Source: Lingula anatina
Taxonomy: Eukaryota > Animalia > Brachiopoda
Length of the DNA stretch: 64,000 nt
Assembly: GCA_051362555.1 (NCBI GenBank)
Contig: CM120649.1
Location: 6,138,001 to 6,202,000, forward strand
Direction: 5' to 3'
Each line of letters starts with the position of its first letter. Within the stretch, counting starts at the first letter, position 1. The notes under the pieces were generated by a model. It ran no database searches. It was not told the DNA's origin and worked only from the letters and a program-made list of their open reading frames with translations. Both the position numbers and the translations under genes were made by a program. Positions 1 through 11,656 of this stretch are shown piece after piece.

Positions 1-1813
1 TTACCATACAATTAATGGTATCATACGTACCTTATATCTTCAGTGTGTGCAATAACGAGAGACGCAAAAACGGCAAAATGTAAGCAAGGAGGCGTGTGTT
101 TGTTTATGGAGGAGAGGGGGAAGTTAGTGGTATTTGTTTGTGTAGTTGGCGAAAATAAAAAAGTCTAGAATAGTGTACGTACACGTTTACGTAGTTGAAC
201 ATGGAAAATTTTCAATTGATAATAAAAAAGATCAGGCTAGAAACGAAATTTGTTTAGACATTTAAAGTGTCATTCTGGTGGCACAGCGTCATGGCTATGA
301 ATCTGATATGGAGTTTAGTCCGAAACATTTGTGAATTTAGAATTAAAAGCTAAAACGTTAATCTGCCCTAATTTGTCAGATAACAAAAAATACCGGTGAT
401 CCAACTATGAGTAATGTATTTAAAGTACGGCCGTATATGCAATGGGCCATTTCGGATTATAATTGCATACCTTGCTGCAAAACAGCCTATCGTTTCTTCC
501 ACCGCGAGTCCCTTTAATAAATTATTATATTACTATTTACCCTTTTTATTTGACACTGTCTCTGTTTCTATCCCTTTTTCCTTTCTCTTGTAAGAAGGAG
601 GGTAAATAATTAAGCACTCAAAATATGCATCACCAATCTTCAGAATAGAATAAATCAAATAACAGCTTTCACAAATTTAACTGCAGTTAGCTGCATAGTG
701 TCACTATATACATAGGGCCTTATCCGCTGCACGCGCGAAGCTGTTGAACAAAAGGATAGTTCTCTATGGAAGACCTTTTGTTTACATAAGTACTCTAAGG
801 GGGCGTGCCTAACCAGGCGACAAGGGGATTAGGCTAGTCACTATATTCCGTCAAAATCGTTTAGCGACTCTATCATTATCACACTCCCTCTATTGTAATT
901 TCTGACGTTATAATTGTATCTAATCTTCTTATGGTAGATGGAAAAAATGCACACATATATAATCTTTTGACTGTATATATGCAGCAAAGTCGGGTTATAA
1001 CGCTAGCATATTCCATCAAATGAGCGCAAATACACATGTCAATGTACTGGTAACTTATGAGTGACTATACAAGGATGCCTTGACTGTGCCGGTAGATCTG
1101 TCTTAACCTTATAATACTGAATATCTTATGACATGGAAGTCGATTACGTATACTACATAACCTTGATCATAACGGGTCGGGTTGCGCGAGTGTCATTTGC
1201 GGCTCACATGTACTAGTGGATTGGTTGTTGTCATGCAAATAGACTGGTCTGTGATACATGTTCAAACTTTGGTGCCCTTTGAGTTGTTAAGGTTAGCCCG
1301 GTCTTAATATTTACCCACTTACGTCACGTTAACCCTAACCTGTTTGAATCTAATTTTGGACGGGCTCCCTGTACACAAAGGTAGCTAAAGGGCTCGGGAG
1401 CAGACGATGAGATGCACTATTCATGCACAACAGCGATTCTGTGGACAAAATCGAATATTTATGACTGGTACTTTCACTATTTTAAGTGACGTGAAGTTGT
1501 GATGTGAGCACTAATGTCAGGGTGTCTACACAAAGGGTTCTTCTAGTGATATTGTTGGAACAGTTAAGTCGTTGACTGCGCCAGGAAATAATGGATGCAT
1601 CCCAACTCAATGTTTCACGCAGTGTTGCATGCTATTTAGTGCCACTGGGCACTTATTGCCGGGCAGTCGGGTCAAAAAGCTGCCCATGACGTCACATCTA
1701 TTCCATGATGCCAACACAAGTATAAATGCAACATAATATGGTATAATCGTTTATCTTTCTTTTAGGTCTCCAGCATAAGAGAACGTGCTCAGCGCTTCTT
1801 ATTTTCGGAAAAC

Positions 1814-3121
1814 ATGGAACTCATCGTCTGGTTTGCCTTTAGTGTGAGTCGGTTCTTTGTCCACTCCCTACAGAACTTATGGTGGAGATACAATGGCATT
1901 ACCAACACTCTGAAACTAACCCGGGCCGGAGAGTTGTACGAACAATCCGCACATATTTTAGATATTCACTGGAGATACAAATGGGACGTCATTCCGCCAA
2001 CGGAGAAATGCAGATTCATTGCTACCCACAATCGCTTCGAACATCCACGGTGTATTCTAGCAGACGTCGTTTCTCTGATTTACCTTGATGAAAACGAGGC
2101 TCTTTTTGTCGAGACCCCACCCAACGTTGATATTTACAATTCGGATACCAATCCCTTTGTATATATGGCACAATATAAATATGCTATCCGTTTAATAGTA
2201 TTGCCAATGGCATCGTTTCACAAAATTGCAGACGAAATCGGTGATCCAAAAAGTGACGTTCTTCTGCTTTCAAATACAGGCCGATGCGGTTCTACGGCAG
2301 TCACACAAATTCTTGAGTCAGTGCCTGGTGTCTTAGCAATGAGCGAACCAGATGGTTTCACTTGTCTTCAAAATATGATAAAAACGGTACATCACGAGAA
2401 AGTCGACAGATACGTACAGAGCGTGACACGAGTCACGTGTAAACCCTTATTGAGAAACCCACGTCTTGTTTGTATTAAAACCAGATCTATGTGTTTTTTA
2501 CATGCCGATAAAGTGGCAAACATCGCACCCAGCATCAAACATTTATTTCTGTACAGGGACGGGAAGGCGACCATCCAGTCCTTTTACCATGCCTTCGGAA
2601 ATGCACCAACTTTCACATTTTGGCATAGCATTCTTACAAGTCGCCTTGCTCATTGCATAGTTCCAAAGCAGAGTCGGCATTTGTGGAACTGGTTCATTGA
2701 CATCGAAACCTACCCAGAGATGAATGACAAGGAATTGATGCTTCGGTCATCAGTCGTTGGAATCCTTGTGGGACACTGGTCGTGCTTGTGCGGAGCGTAC
2801 AAGCGTTTCAAAGCCTCAGGTATGGCGGTAAAGGCCTTTAAGTACGAGGACATACTCGAGAATCCCCGCCACGCATGCGAGAGTTTATTGACGTACTGCG
2901 GACTGCCCATGGAATATGCTGAGACCGCCTGTAAGGCCCTAAGCAAAGATGCACAAAGGGGCATGTATAAAACAAGGACTGCTGCTGACGAACAGGGGGA
3001 TAAATACCATATTAAATGGACGCCCCAGCTCCAGGCTGAGGCTGATTTTTTCTGCGATTATGTTGGCGTCACACGAATCGGCGAACCCACGGCTTTGCCG
3101 GATACTATTTCCTCTCTCTGA
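1814..3121 (+). CDS. Sulfotransferase-like protein ST1 (435 aa, single coding exon)
   Basis: Long ORF with P-loop-like 5'-PAPS-binding motif LLLSNTGRCGST, downstream SEP motif, 3'-phosphate-binding-like FLYRDG and KYED; hydrophobic N-terminus; splice acceptor tttctttttag-like tract ending at 1765 just upstream; clearly homologous to three further copies in the window. Confidence 0.8.
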   Translation: MELIVWFAFSVSRFFVHSLQNLWWRYNGITNTLKLTRAGELYEQSAHILDIHWRYKWDVIPPTEKCRFIATHNRFEHPRCILADVVSLIYLDENEALFVETPPNVDIYNSDTNPFVYMAQYKYAIRLIVLPMASFHKIADEIGDPKSDVLLLSNTGRCGSTAVTQILESVPGVLAMSEPDGFTCLQNMIKTVHHEKVDRYVQSVTRVTCKPLLRNPRLVCIKTRSMCFLHADKVANIAPSIKHLFLYRDGKATIQSFYHAFGNAPTFTFWHSILTSRLAHCIVPKQSRHLWNWFIDIETYPEMNDKELMLRSSVVGILVGHWSCLCGAYKRFKASGMAVKAFKYEDILENPRHACESLLTYCGLPMEYAETACKALSKDAQRGMYKTRTAADEQGDKYHIKWTPQLQAEADFFCDYVGVTRIGEPTALPDTISSL

Positions 3122-3618
3122 ACGTGGTTGTACAATTAGACAGAAGCAGTGTCAGATTCAGCCTCATGAGATTGCACGAGGAAGGCTACGTCTTAAGATC
3201 TACAGCAGTTTCAAACATACCTTAAAAGAAACGTTTACGGATTGGTGAATCCTAACCTTTTATTTCCCAAAAGGGAATGTAGGTACAAACCCAGCATTGT
3301 ATGCATCGTCTCTTCAGCATGTATAAATCAGGTTAAAATGCGAACGCAACATGACTATATATCTCTACTATTGGCAGATTTTTAACACAAAGAAATTTGT
3401 AAATTAGGATCACCACGTACAGTATAGATACTTGTCATATATGTTGGATAAATGCAAAAGAAATCAACAGATTTAAGGATATTGCAGTGATATTGGGGAT
3501 ATATTTTGGAAAATAATGTTTTTAACTAATGCTGAAAATTCCATGACTTTTCTTAGTTTTGGCTACCAAAAATGTTGGCAGGTAAAAGCTTCGAATTGCC
3601 AGATAATTGCAAATAATT

Positions 3619-5214
3619 TTATTCATTAATTTTCATCATCTTTGAGACACGCTTACAGGCACTCAGTGGTGATTCGGTGCCAAATAAAGGCATCCTGGTA
3701 ACTCTGTAGTATTTCATCAAACGGTGGACGGCGGCATAATGTTCCTTCTGTGCCTGCATGCAGCGTGGGTCCCACGTCCATTCCACCGTTTCAAAATTGA
3801 ATAGATTTCTGTGAAGGGCATTCCTGTTAAAATACTTGCACTGTTTTGGACAAATATGGAAACCTCCCGAGAAACATAAACCCTCCATCATAGCTTGAGA
3901 AGCGTAGGCATGCTTGTCGTACGGGGTAAAGACTAACTCAGAAGACCTAGGAGTGTGGTACTTCCAGTGGATCGAGATTCTGGTCACAGGCTGATGTTCC
4001 TTCTCCGAAAAATTCTCACGATAATATTCTATGGGCACTCGTCCAGGGCTCGTACCTTTCCATTTATCGTTTGGATACATCTGGATGCGGAATTCGTAGT
4101 CATCTCTGTGGAAAGTATATATGTATTGACACATCATATTGAACTGCGCCACACCCAGGTATGATTTCGAAATACTTGCAAATATTTCGCTAAACGACAT
4201 GTTGTGTTTATTTTCAAGAAAATGTCTCAATTCAATAATATGGCTTACTTTAATAATCACGGGGAAGTAAGCCATACATCGAAGTACTTCCGGCTCACCA
4301 AAAAGAAATTGTGTCTTTTCGGCTGCAGCGGGCCAGTAATCATCATTAAATTGTCCAACAATTGCAAATACAATAGGTTTCCCGCCAATGAAAAGATCTT
4401 CAGGGGTAACCATAGTTACGAACAATGTGTCGGTGTCAACAAAACCAACATACTCTGACTGAGTATAGTTCTCAGGATAGAACATCGACCACTGCTGGCG
4501 GTTGTGGCCTATGGAATTATATGCATGTGGGTTAGGATCTTCATAATGTACTTCCAGATTAGGACTTGTGAGCCTTAATTCACTGCCAAGCTTGTGATCC
4601 AGAACAGATTCGTTGTCCAGAACGATGACCACCTTGGTGTCATTCGGCCAGAATAGACGCATGCTTTGCATTAAGATATTGTCATATAAGTCCCTCGTTT
4701 TGTGGAACATTCTTACGAATATGACAAAACTCCGTAGATTCTCCCAAGGATTGTCTGTTAATAGAGTAACATTTGAGGCTGTTAGATTAAGGTTGTAATG
4801 GGTGTATATCTCAAAAGTAACTAAATACATAAATTGCGGCTAAATACATAAAAAAATGAAATGGAATGTGTATGAATAAAGTTTACTATAGCCAACACAC
4901 CATCATACATGTACAAACATTGTTTATTAAGTCATTCTGATCATTTTGATCAAATTTATAAATACCTAAAACCCAATGCCTTTTTTTTTTACATTTTACG
5001 AGTACCTAATTAAATTACCTGATAGACAGTGACCATGACCATCCTGCTGCTTTGTCTCGGCAACACCAGGGTCCCGTGAGCCTTGAAATGTCTCCGACCT
5101 ATATGGGCCCACAGTTCTGCCCCTTTGCAGAATATTCAAGTAACTTATGAAACACATGAGGATTAATAAAGCGGTGAATAAAAACGTAAACAACGTACGC
5201 CGTGGCCAATTCAT
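3619..5214 (-). CDS. Type II membrane glycosyltransferase-like protein GT1 (DxD; exons 5214-5019 and 4754-3619, about 443 aa)
   Basis: Exon 1 gives a short basic tail MNWPRRT, a TM helix and a stem, ending at AG|GTAAT (phase 1). Acceptor ctattaacAG|AC is phase-compatible and positionally conserved in GT2. Catalytic region has GHNRQQ..F and VGFVDTD (DxD) plus N-glycosylation sequons. The GT-A/DUF6492-like assignment is inference. Confidence 0.72.
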
Positions 5215-6575
5215 CACAGTTGTGTAGTTACCTCCTTACATACGTGATAGTCCGAATGGGTCAGGCTGATGATACACGTAGCTGCAATTTTTTGCAGTTC
5301 ACTCATCTACTTTGGGCTATTAAGACATTAAGTTTATTCATGTCAGCTGGTGAACAAGGGTCGGATCTATAATAAAGACATAGTTTCCTATCGTGTTGCC
5401 AAGCATTATGCGAAGTTAAACTATTTTTTATGCTCTGACCCTAGATAGTTGGACTCACAGGTTCACACAGGGGTGACTTCAGATAAATAAAAGGAAGAAA
5501 TGCGCAGTCGTCATAAGCGAAAACAATCCAATCCGTATATATAGTTCAAGAAGTGAGATGTAAGTGGCATATCATATTCTTCTTGTCGACCATGAAAGTA
5601 ACAAATTACGTCAACGCGATTACCTATACTGTAACTAGCATGAAATTCTCATTTGTATGCATGGCCTCAACATGTGCAATTTAAGCCTACAACTGCTAAG
5701 GGCGCCGAACGATGCACTGCAATTGTTGTACATTCTCCGTGATGCTTAACTTTACGTACTTATTGATACACTGTCGGTGAACCCCCCCCCCCCCCGTGCA
5801 TTTTGAAGACTCATATGGTCATGACAAGAAGGTATCTTAAAATTCGACTAAAATAATTTTTCTATCATAAGTATTATTGCTATACCTATACTTAAGCCAC
5901 TAAACGGGGCAAGATAGGAAACCAAAACGAATATGAGCAAGAGGTTAATTCTTCAAGATGGTCAGCAGAGAGGGGTCATGTGAGGTGTTCAAAATGTGAG
6001 TTAGTAAATTTAATAATAAGTTGTTTAAAATTTTAACTACATAATTATTGTTTATAATTGCGTCCTTTACACACATTTATTATCTCTTGATTATTATACT
6101 CTAAATATGTGTGTGTCCCTCCCACCTCATTTTTGATCGGTTCTATACCGTGTTAATTGTTGTCGAATGTCCTGTCCATACAATCTGTACTCTATCTTAG
6201 TTACAACTTATTTCGAAGATATTTGGATGAGAGAGAAAAACGTGCACATCTAGTGAATAGCTACACGAATACTGGGACACGCATGCCCGTGACCAATGCA
6301 AGTCAGTGGAGTTACCACGGAACCGAAGAAGCTTCGGTTGTATCCCAGTGCCAATATTCTCCTTAACCACCGAGAATGGCACTTCGAACATTTATGTCCC
6401 AGCTATCACAGTTGAGAGTTCAGGTGTCGCATTTTATCACTGTTGAAGTATGTGATGTATATTAACCCTCATGAACTTTTGTCTGGTAAGATACATGTTC
6501 ACGCCCTGTAAGGGGTTACACTGTACCGTATGGTTTCACGATTTTATAAAAGAATGGCCGTACAAAGGACGTTAA

Positions 6576-6912
6576 AGGGATAATAACTCTTCGTATGAAA
6601 TTTATATTTCACAATAAAAACATTGTGAACAACTCATAGAAATATAATATATTCTGTTGTACCACAAAAACGACAGTTATAGCTATTATTCTGATATTTG
6701 AGCTTGTCTTTAGACCACGTGACCTCCACTGATGGCTATACTATGTTATAATCTCTTAAGAGATTATAACAGAAAAACAAACTTTTTAGAAAAAAACCAA
6801 GGACCAACTTTGAATGTAAAAATGTATTCATTAACCTTTGGTAAGTATGGGAAAATTGTTGTTTACTCCAGGAAAATTCATTTTTTGGCCAAAATAAAGA
6901 GTTATTATCCCT
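6576..6912. mobile_element. MITE with TTAA target duplication (Kolobok/T2-like)
   Basis: Perfect 16-bp TIR AGGGATAATAACTCTT...AAGAGTTATTATCCCT flanked by TTAA at 6572-6575 and 6913-6916; its right half recurs at about 29300-29468. Confidence 0.8.
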
Positions 6913-7226
6913 TTAAGCTTACTGTATTGCCTGACACTGAAAATGCTTCTGTCAGACTGTGTGAATGCCTTCAAATGATGTCGAAACTTATTTCCAAAGG
7001 TAAAGGTAAAAATGGGTCCCTTGATCTTTCGGATAATCTCGTTCAAAATGTATCACAAATCAGTCAGTCAACAGTGTCTGCAACTGACCTTTCTAAAACA
7101 TTTTCTTTCGTAATCCTTAAACGTTTTCTGAATACATCCCCATATCATGGCAGATTGTGAAATCATCATGAAAACTGGACAAAACTTTGGAAATACATAT
7201 ATTGCAAAGCCTCCTATTTCTAAACA

Positions 7227-7282
<56 letters not shown>

Positions 7283-7292
7283 TATTATTATT
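7227..7292. repeat. (AAT)n microsatellite
   Basis: Direct trinucleotide run. Confidence 0.95.
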
Positions 7293-9028
7293 TTATGTGG
7301 GTTAGGAGTTTTTCAGATATTTGATACATGATAATGGCGGTCATCCGAGATAACCTACACGTAACTGTAGTAATATCATACGAGAAGAAAAAACGTGCGA
7401 GAACTCGCGTGCGGTTATTTCAACTTTTCAGCGATAAGGTTTGAATCATAAGTGCTGGAAATATCGTCTTAGAAAGCAAAACAAAGTTAAGTGACGGCCA
7501 AATGTGGTTAATACAATGTATGTACATTTGTCCAATAGTCTGTAAATTAAGGGAAAACAAGTATCCGCGGACACATTCTATTTTAGTACCACACTTGCAA
7601 GTTCTGATACCACCGCCATTCAAATCAGGCGAAAATTGGACTGCGTTTATGTTCTCGCAACAGAATGAACCCGATTGGCAAACAGTTCAATTTGTTTGCG
7701 ATGAAGCGTAAACAGAACATCTTTGCATGCACGTGTTTTTTAATGTTGATATTTGAACTGGCATGTGTTTCGTTCCCGTGGGTTTTTCCTTCTATGGCTT
7801 ATAATGCCATTCTTATGATCGTTCTTGTCGATTGCTTTTAATTCGGTATCATGCACATTCTGTATTGAGTATGAATTCCAAAAAGTATGTGTTTTGTTTA
7901 CGCAGATGTTATTAAATTTGAGCCTTAAAGTGAGAGATACATTATTTATGAGTTCAATTCTTAACCGTCAACTTATTTTGCCAAGGATATCGATTCAGTA
8001 CATCAGTGTTTGCCTTGTTTTAACCTTGTTTTATTGGGCTGTATTGTACAACATAATTTTTTTCCAGGAAATATTACTTTTCTTTCACAAAATTGTGTTT
8101 TACAACAGCATCCGGCCATTGCGTGTTCTGCTTTAACTTTGAAATTTGAATATTTAAGATAAATATCGCTATGTCTTATTCTTGCTCGTTAAAAGCACAC
8201 AGTATGCGTTAGAACTTAATATATTGTACTTTTCTCACTGAGGCTTTCTGCAAAATTCTCGTTATCGCCAAATACGCATGAACCCTAATAAAAACCATTC
8301 AAATAAGAGCAATCTCTTATCCAGTTTTTAAGTGGCGAATTTGTAATTTAACCGCCACGACTGAAATTCAGCAGGCTATATAGCTGTCAGATAAAGGAGT
8401 TACTCAAAAATAAAGTACATGATCTGAAAAGTGGCTATGTAGATTTTGATTGTTTGAACGTATTTGGAGTTGGTAATACCTCAGGAAAAATGAGAGGAAA
8501 AACGATTTTACCAGGAAAATCCATACCCATTGTATAGGGTATATCAGCAAGACTTTTATCTAATGAGGATCGATGCAATGCTTGGTTTCACTTCTGATTG
8601 GAGTCAAATACAAATCAATTCTGCTTAAGATTTTATTTTTATTTTATACATTATGTTCAAAATATGCCCATTATTTTCACATTCTGATATTCATTTGTTT
8701 TCCAAGCGTTCGTTTATCCCAGAATAATGCAAACACGAGTGGAAGTAATTCAAATTAACCAGCATAAAGCTCATTTTTAAATTGTTAAAACAGTTGATAA
8801 TTAAGGTACAGTACATTTAGCATAAGAACAAGATACTGTTGGCGAAAGTACGCGCATTAGTTCAATAAACAGTCTTAGGGAATGGAAGTGAATACATAAC
8901 ACCTGGGTTTCACGTATAGCATTATGATCATCAACACACTTACTAGCAGAATGAAAAATGTACATTTAATAAAGCATTTTGATCTCACCCAAAAAGTGAT
9001 TCCGCCTTGTTCAAAAGACTCTCTCAGT

Positions 9029-9296
9029 CTACACTGCACCAAAGCAGTTATCTTCATAATAGTCATAACCAGCACCTGCCTGCAAGTCGCCGGATTGGGC
9101 AGTACTGCGCAGTAGTTCGCAGGTACATTGGCCATTTCCGGTACAGAGAACGTTTATAGCCGCACACTCCCAGTGCTGCATACAGGAGATGCTGCATTCT
9201 GTAAGACTGCGGACATTCAGCGTAGATATGGGTGAGAGGGATGCTCGAGCACCTGCTCCTACCAGCTGGAACGTGGTTGTGCTTGCAAAACCTGAA

Positions 9297-9335
<39 letters not shown>

Positions 9336-9372
9336 CTTCATTGTGTACATCATTGTAGTTTATGGAGGACGA

Positions 9373-9409
<37 letters not shown>

Positions 9410-11500
9410 TTAAACGATGCCCTTTGTTTTTTTCTCCAGTTTATACTTTTTGAAACTGTATGGAAGCATTTTGTCGGCTTTTGTGGCCTAATTCTTTACC
9501 ACTGTCAAAAAGGTTATGTTTTTGGTTCCTAAAGTTAGAAAGTTTGTTTCTCAATTGGTTTGTCCGAAAGCAGCATTAAGCAAATTGTTATGGATTGGTT
9601 TTGGTGAAATTTTAAAAACTACATGGACCCAAGTGCAAATGATGTACGAACAAAATCTGGAAGCACAATTTTTAACTTGGGATCCGCCTGTATTGAGAAA
9701 GATTTATAAGCTATCATATACCGTGAACCTCCACTTCACATAACTGCAAGGGCAGGTCGTCACTGCCAACTTTAATGATCAAGACATATCGTCCTCTTAG
9801 TGGAGACCCACAGGACAGAGACGTGTTCCCAACAGGTGCCACCCCCGGGTAACTGGCGCAGAGTCTGTACTGGGTGAATGATGAAGTACCCACAAAAGAG
9901 TATCCAACTCTCACTTCGAAATTAACCAGACGCTCACCTGAAAATGACACGTGGCACGATCCCCAACTTAATTGGCAAATGCTGTGATAGTACTTAGATG
10001 CCATGCAGCGGCATATTAGACAAATAATAAACCGGTTATGCAAATTGCATGTAGTACATAAATGGAAGGATAAATGAAAACATCTCTATATTTGAGAACG
10101 TTGTTACATGTAAATTACCTCCTATATCTTTCTGAACTATTCACTTTTCTCAGTTTATTTTTGCTTCACGCTCTTAGTTAATTTTACATTGTTACATGCA
10201 TGTACATTAACGAAGCATGGATACCACAATAATCAAAGAAAAAATTTACTAGTATTTATGAAACTTCATGCATCAATAGAAGAACGGAAGAGAATATCCT
10301 AATGTTTTATTAATTTAAAGTGAACCCCCCCCCCCCACACACACCCAAATAAATAAATAAATAAGAGGAGAAGAACGCTTACTACAGCATTCGCCTCTGT
10401 TTGTTAGTACGACACCAGCCAGTATTGCCGTGGATTCTAAATCCACCAGCCACCAATTCCCCTGGCCATCCTCTGTATGGGAACAGCTGCCTTGTTGCCA
10501 GTTGTCGTCATAGTTACCGTCCACAGCGAGACTGGCGTTGTAGGACCCTTCGTACATGTAGGTGGAGCTTTGGTGTGCGGGTTTACCTTTCGCCACATCC
10601 CGCGCGCAGCCCCTGCATAGAGGCGCACCTGTCAGGAGTATTAATAATAATAACTATGATAAGAGTACAAATGATTAAGTAATAATCAACCATAACTAAA
10701 TTGATTAATTATCGTCAAAATCTTATCATTTTTTCCTTATCCTATTTTTTTATTTACATTTAAATCAATTAGTTAATTAATCAATTGTTGGATCATCAGC
10801 AAAATCTAATCATTTCTTCTTTTGTCCATTTCTTCCCTATCCTGAACATTTTAAGATATTGACCCATTTGTCACCTAGCTATCCTGAAAATTTTATAGTT
10901 AATTATATATTTATTTAATTTATACATCGTCATCAAATCATAATTATTCTTCCTTGGCTCATTTGTGATCTATCAGGTAAATTTCAGGAACATTTATACA
11001 GTTAATTGATTAATTGACTGATTTGTTGATTTATTCATTAATTAAAACTTGATAATATCTTCTTCGGGACATTAGTGACATAACTGAACATTTTATCAAA
11101 ACCCATTGCGCTTTGCGTAATGCTCTCCACAGACAAATGATAACGCAAACGTAACATTTCGGTAATTTTCAGCTACAAGTTGATTGTTGCAATTATAATA
11201 CCAAAATATTTGCTATTATTTTAAAAGAGATACAAAAGTAGAAAGGATATTTAAAAATGTACATTTTCAAAGGAATTATACAAACAGCTGAGCACAAAAG
11301 TCAATTACATGTATTAGGTGGACAGAATTACGTTCCTACCGTATATTGTACTTGCTAGAGACTTCCAACATATCAAATTTTGTGGAAATTCTTATTTTCT
11401 ATCATTTGCACCAAAGACACGTTAGGCACTCCTTATTGCCCGTTTTACCACACGCAGACTTACCAAGAAGTAGTCTTGAAGTAGTCTATGTGGCCGCCAT
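9029..11500 (-). pseudogene. F-type lectin + PAN/apple gene copy A, with premature stop in signal-peptide exon (exons 11500-11464, 10628-10383, 9937-9722, 9291-9029)
   Basis: All introns GT-AG, phase 1. Exons 2-3 encode VAKGKPAHQSS..LAVDGN..CSHT-x25-RGECCSERL..LCEVEV (F-type lectin); exon 4 encodes C-x3-C..C.A.N..CEL..YDYY (PAN/apple). Exon 1 reads ATG GCG GCC ACA TAG; exons 2-4 remain open. Confidence 0.75.
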
Positions 11501-11650
11501 ACTCTATTATTATCACGGCATCAACGTCTTTGTATGCGTATTTAAATTAAATGCCGACAGACAAATCAAACAGAATGGCCTGTAGTTGCTCAGGGTGGTA
11601 AATCGCACGGAGTGAGAGTGCTGGGTAGAAGTCTCGCTGATTTTTGAATA

Positions 11651-11656
11651 TTTATA
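11651..11656 (-). promoter_or_regulatory. TATA box of lectin copy A
   Basis: TATAAA about 150 bp upstream of the ATG, same position in copy B (20937-20942) and as TATAGA in copy C (26475-26480). Confidence 0.55.

Noticed and set aside
3110-3121. C-terminal SSL of ST1 as a peroxisomal targeting signal
   Set aside because: Weak variant and not terminal in ST2 (SSLSS) or ST4 (SSLS).
4755-4830. ORF-track N-terminus MYLVTFEIY... of GT1
   Set aside because: Lies upstream of the conserved acceptor, and the homologous GT2 region has an in-frame stop; interpreted as intron.
9063-9453. Poly-Asn/Ile/Leu ORFs
   Set aside because: Translations of (AAT)n/(ATT)n microsatellites.
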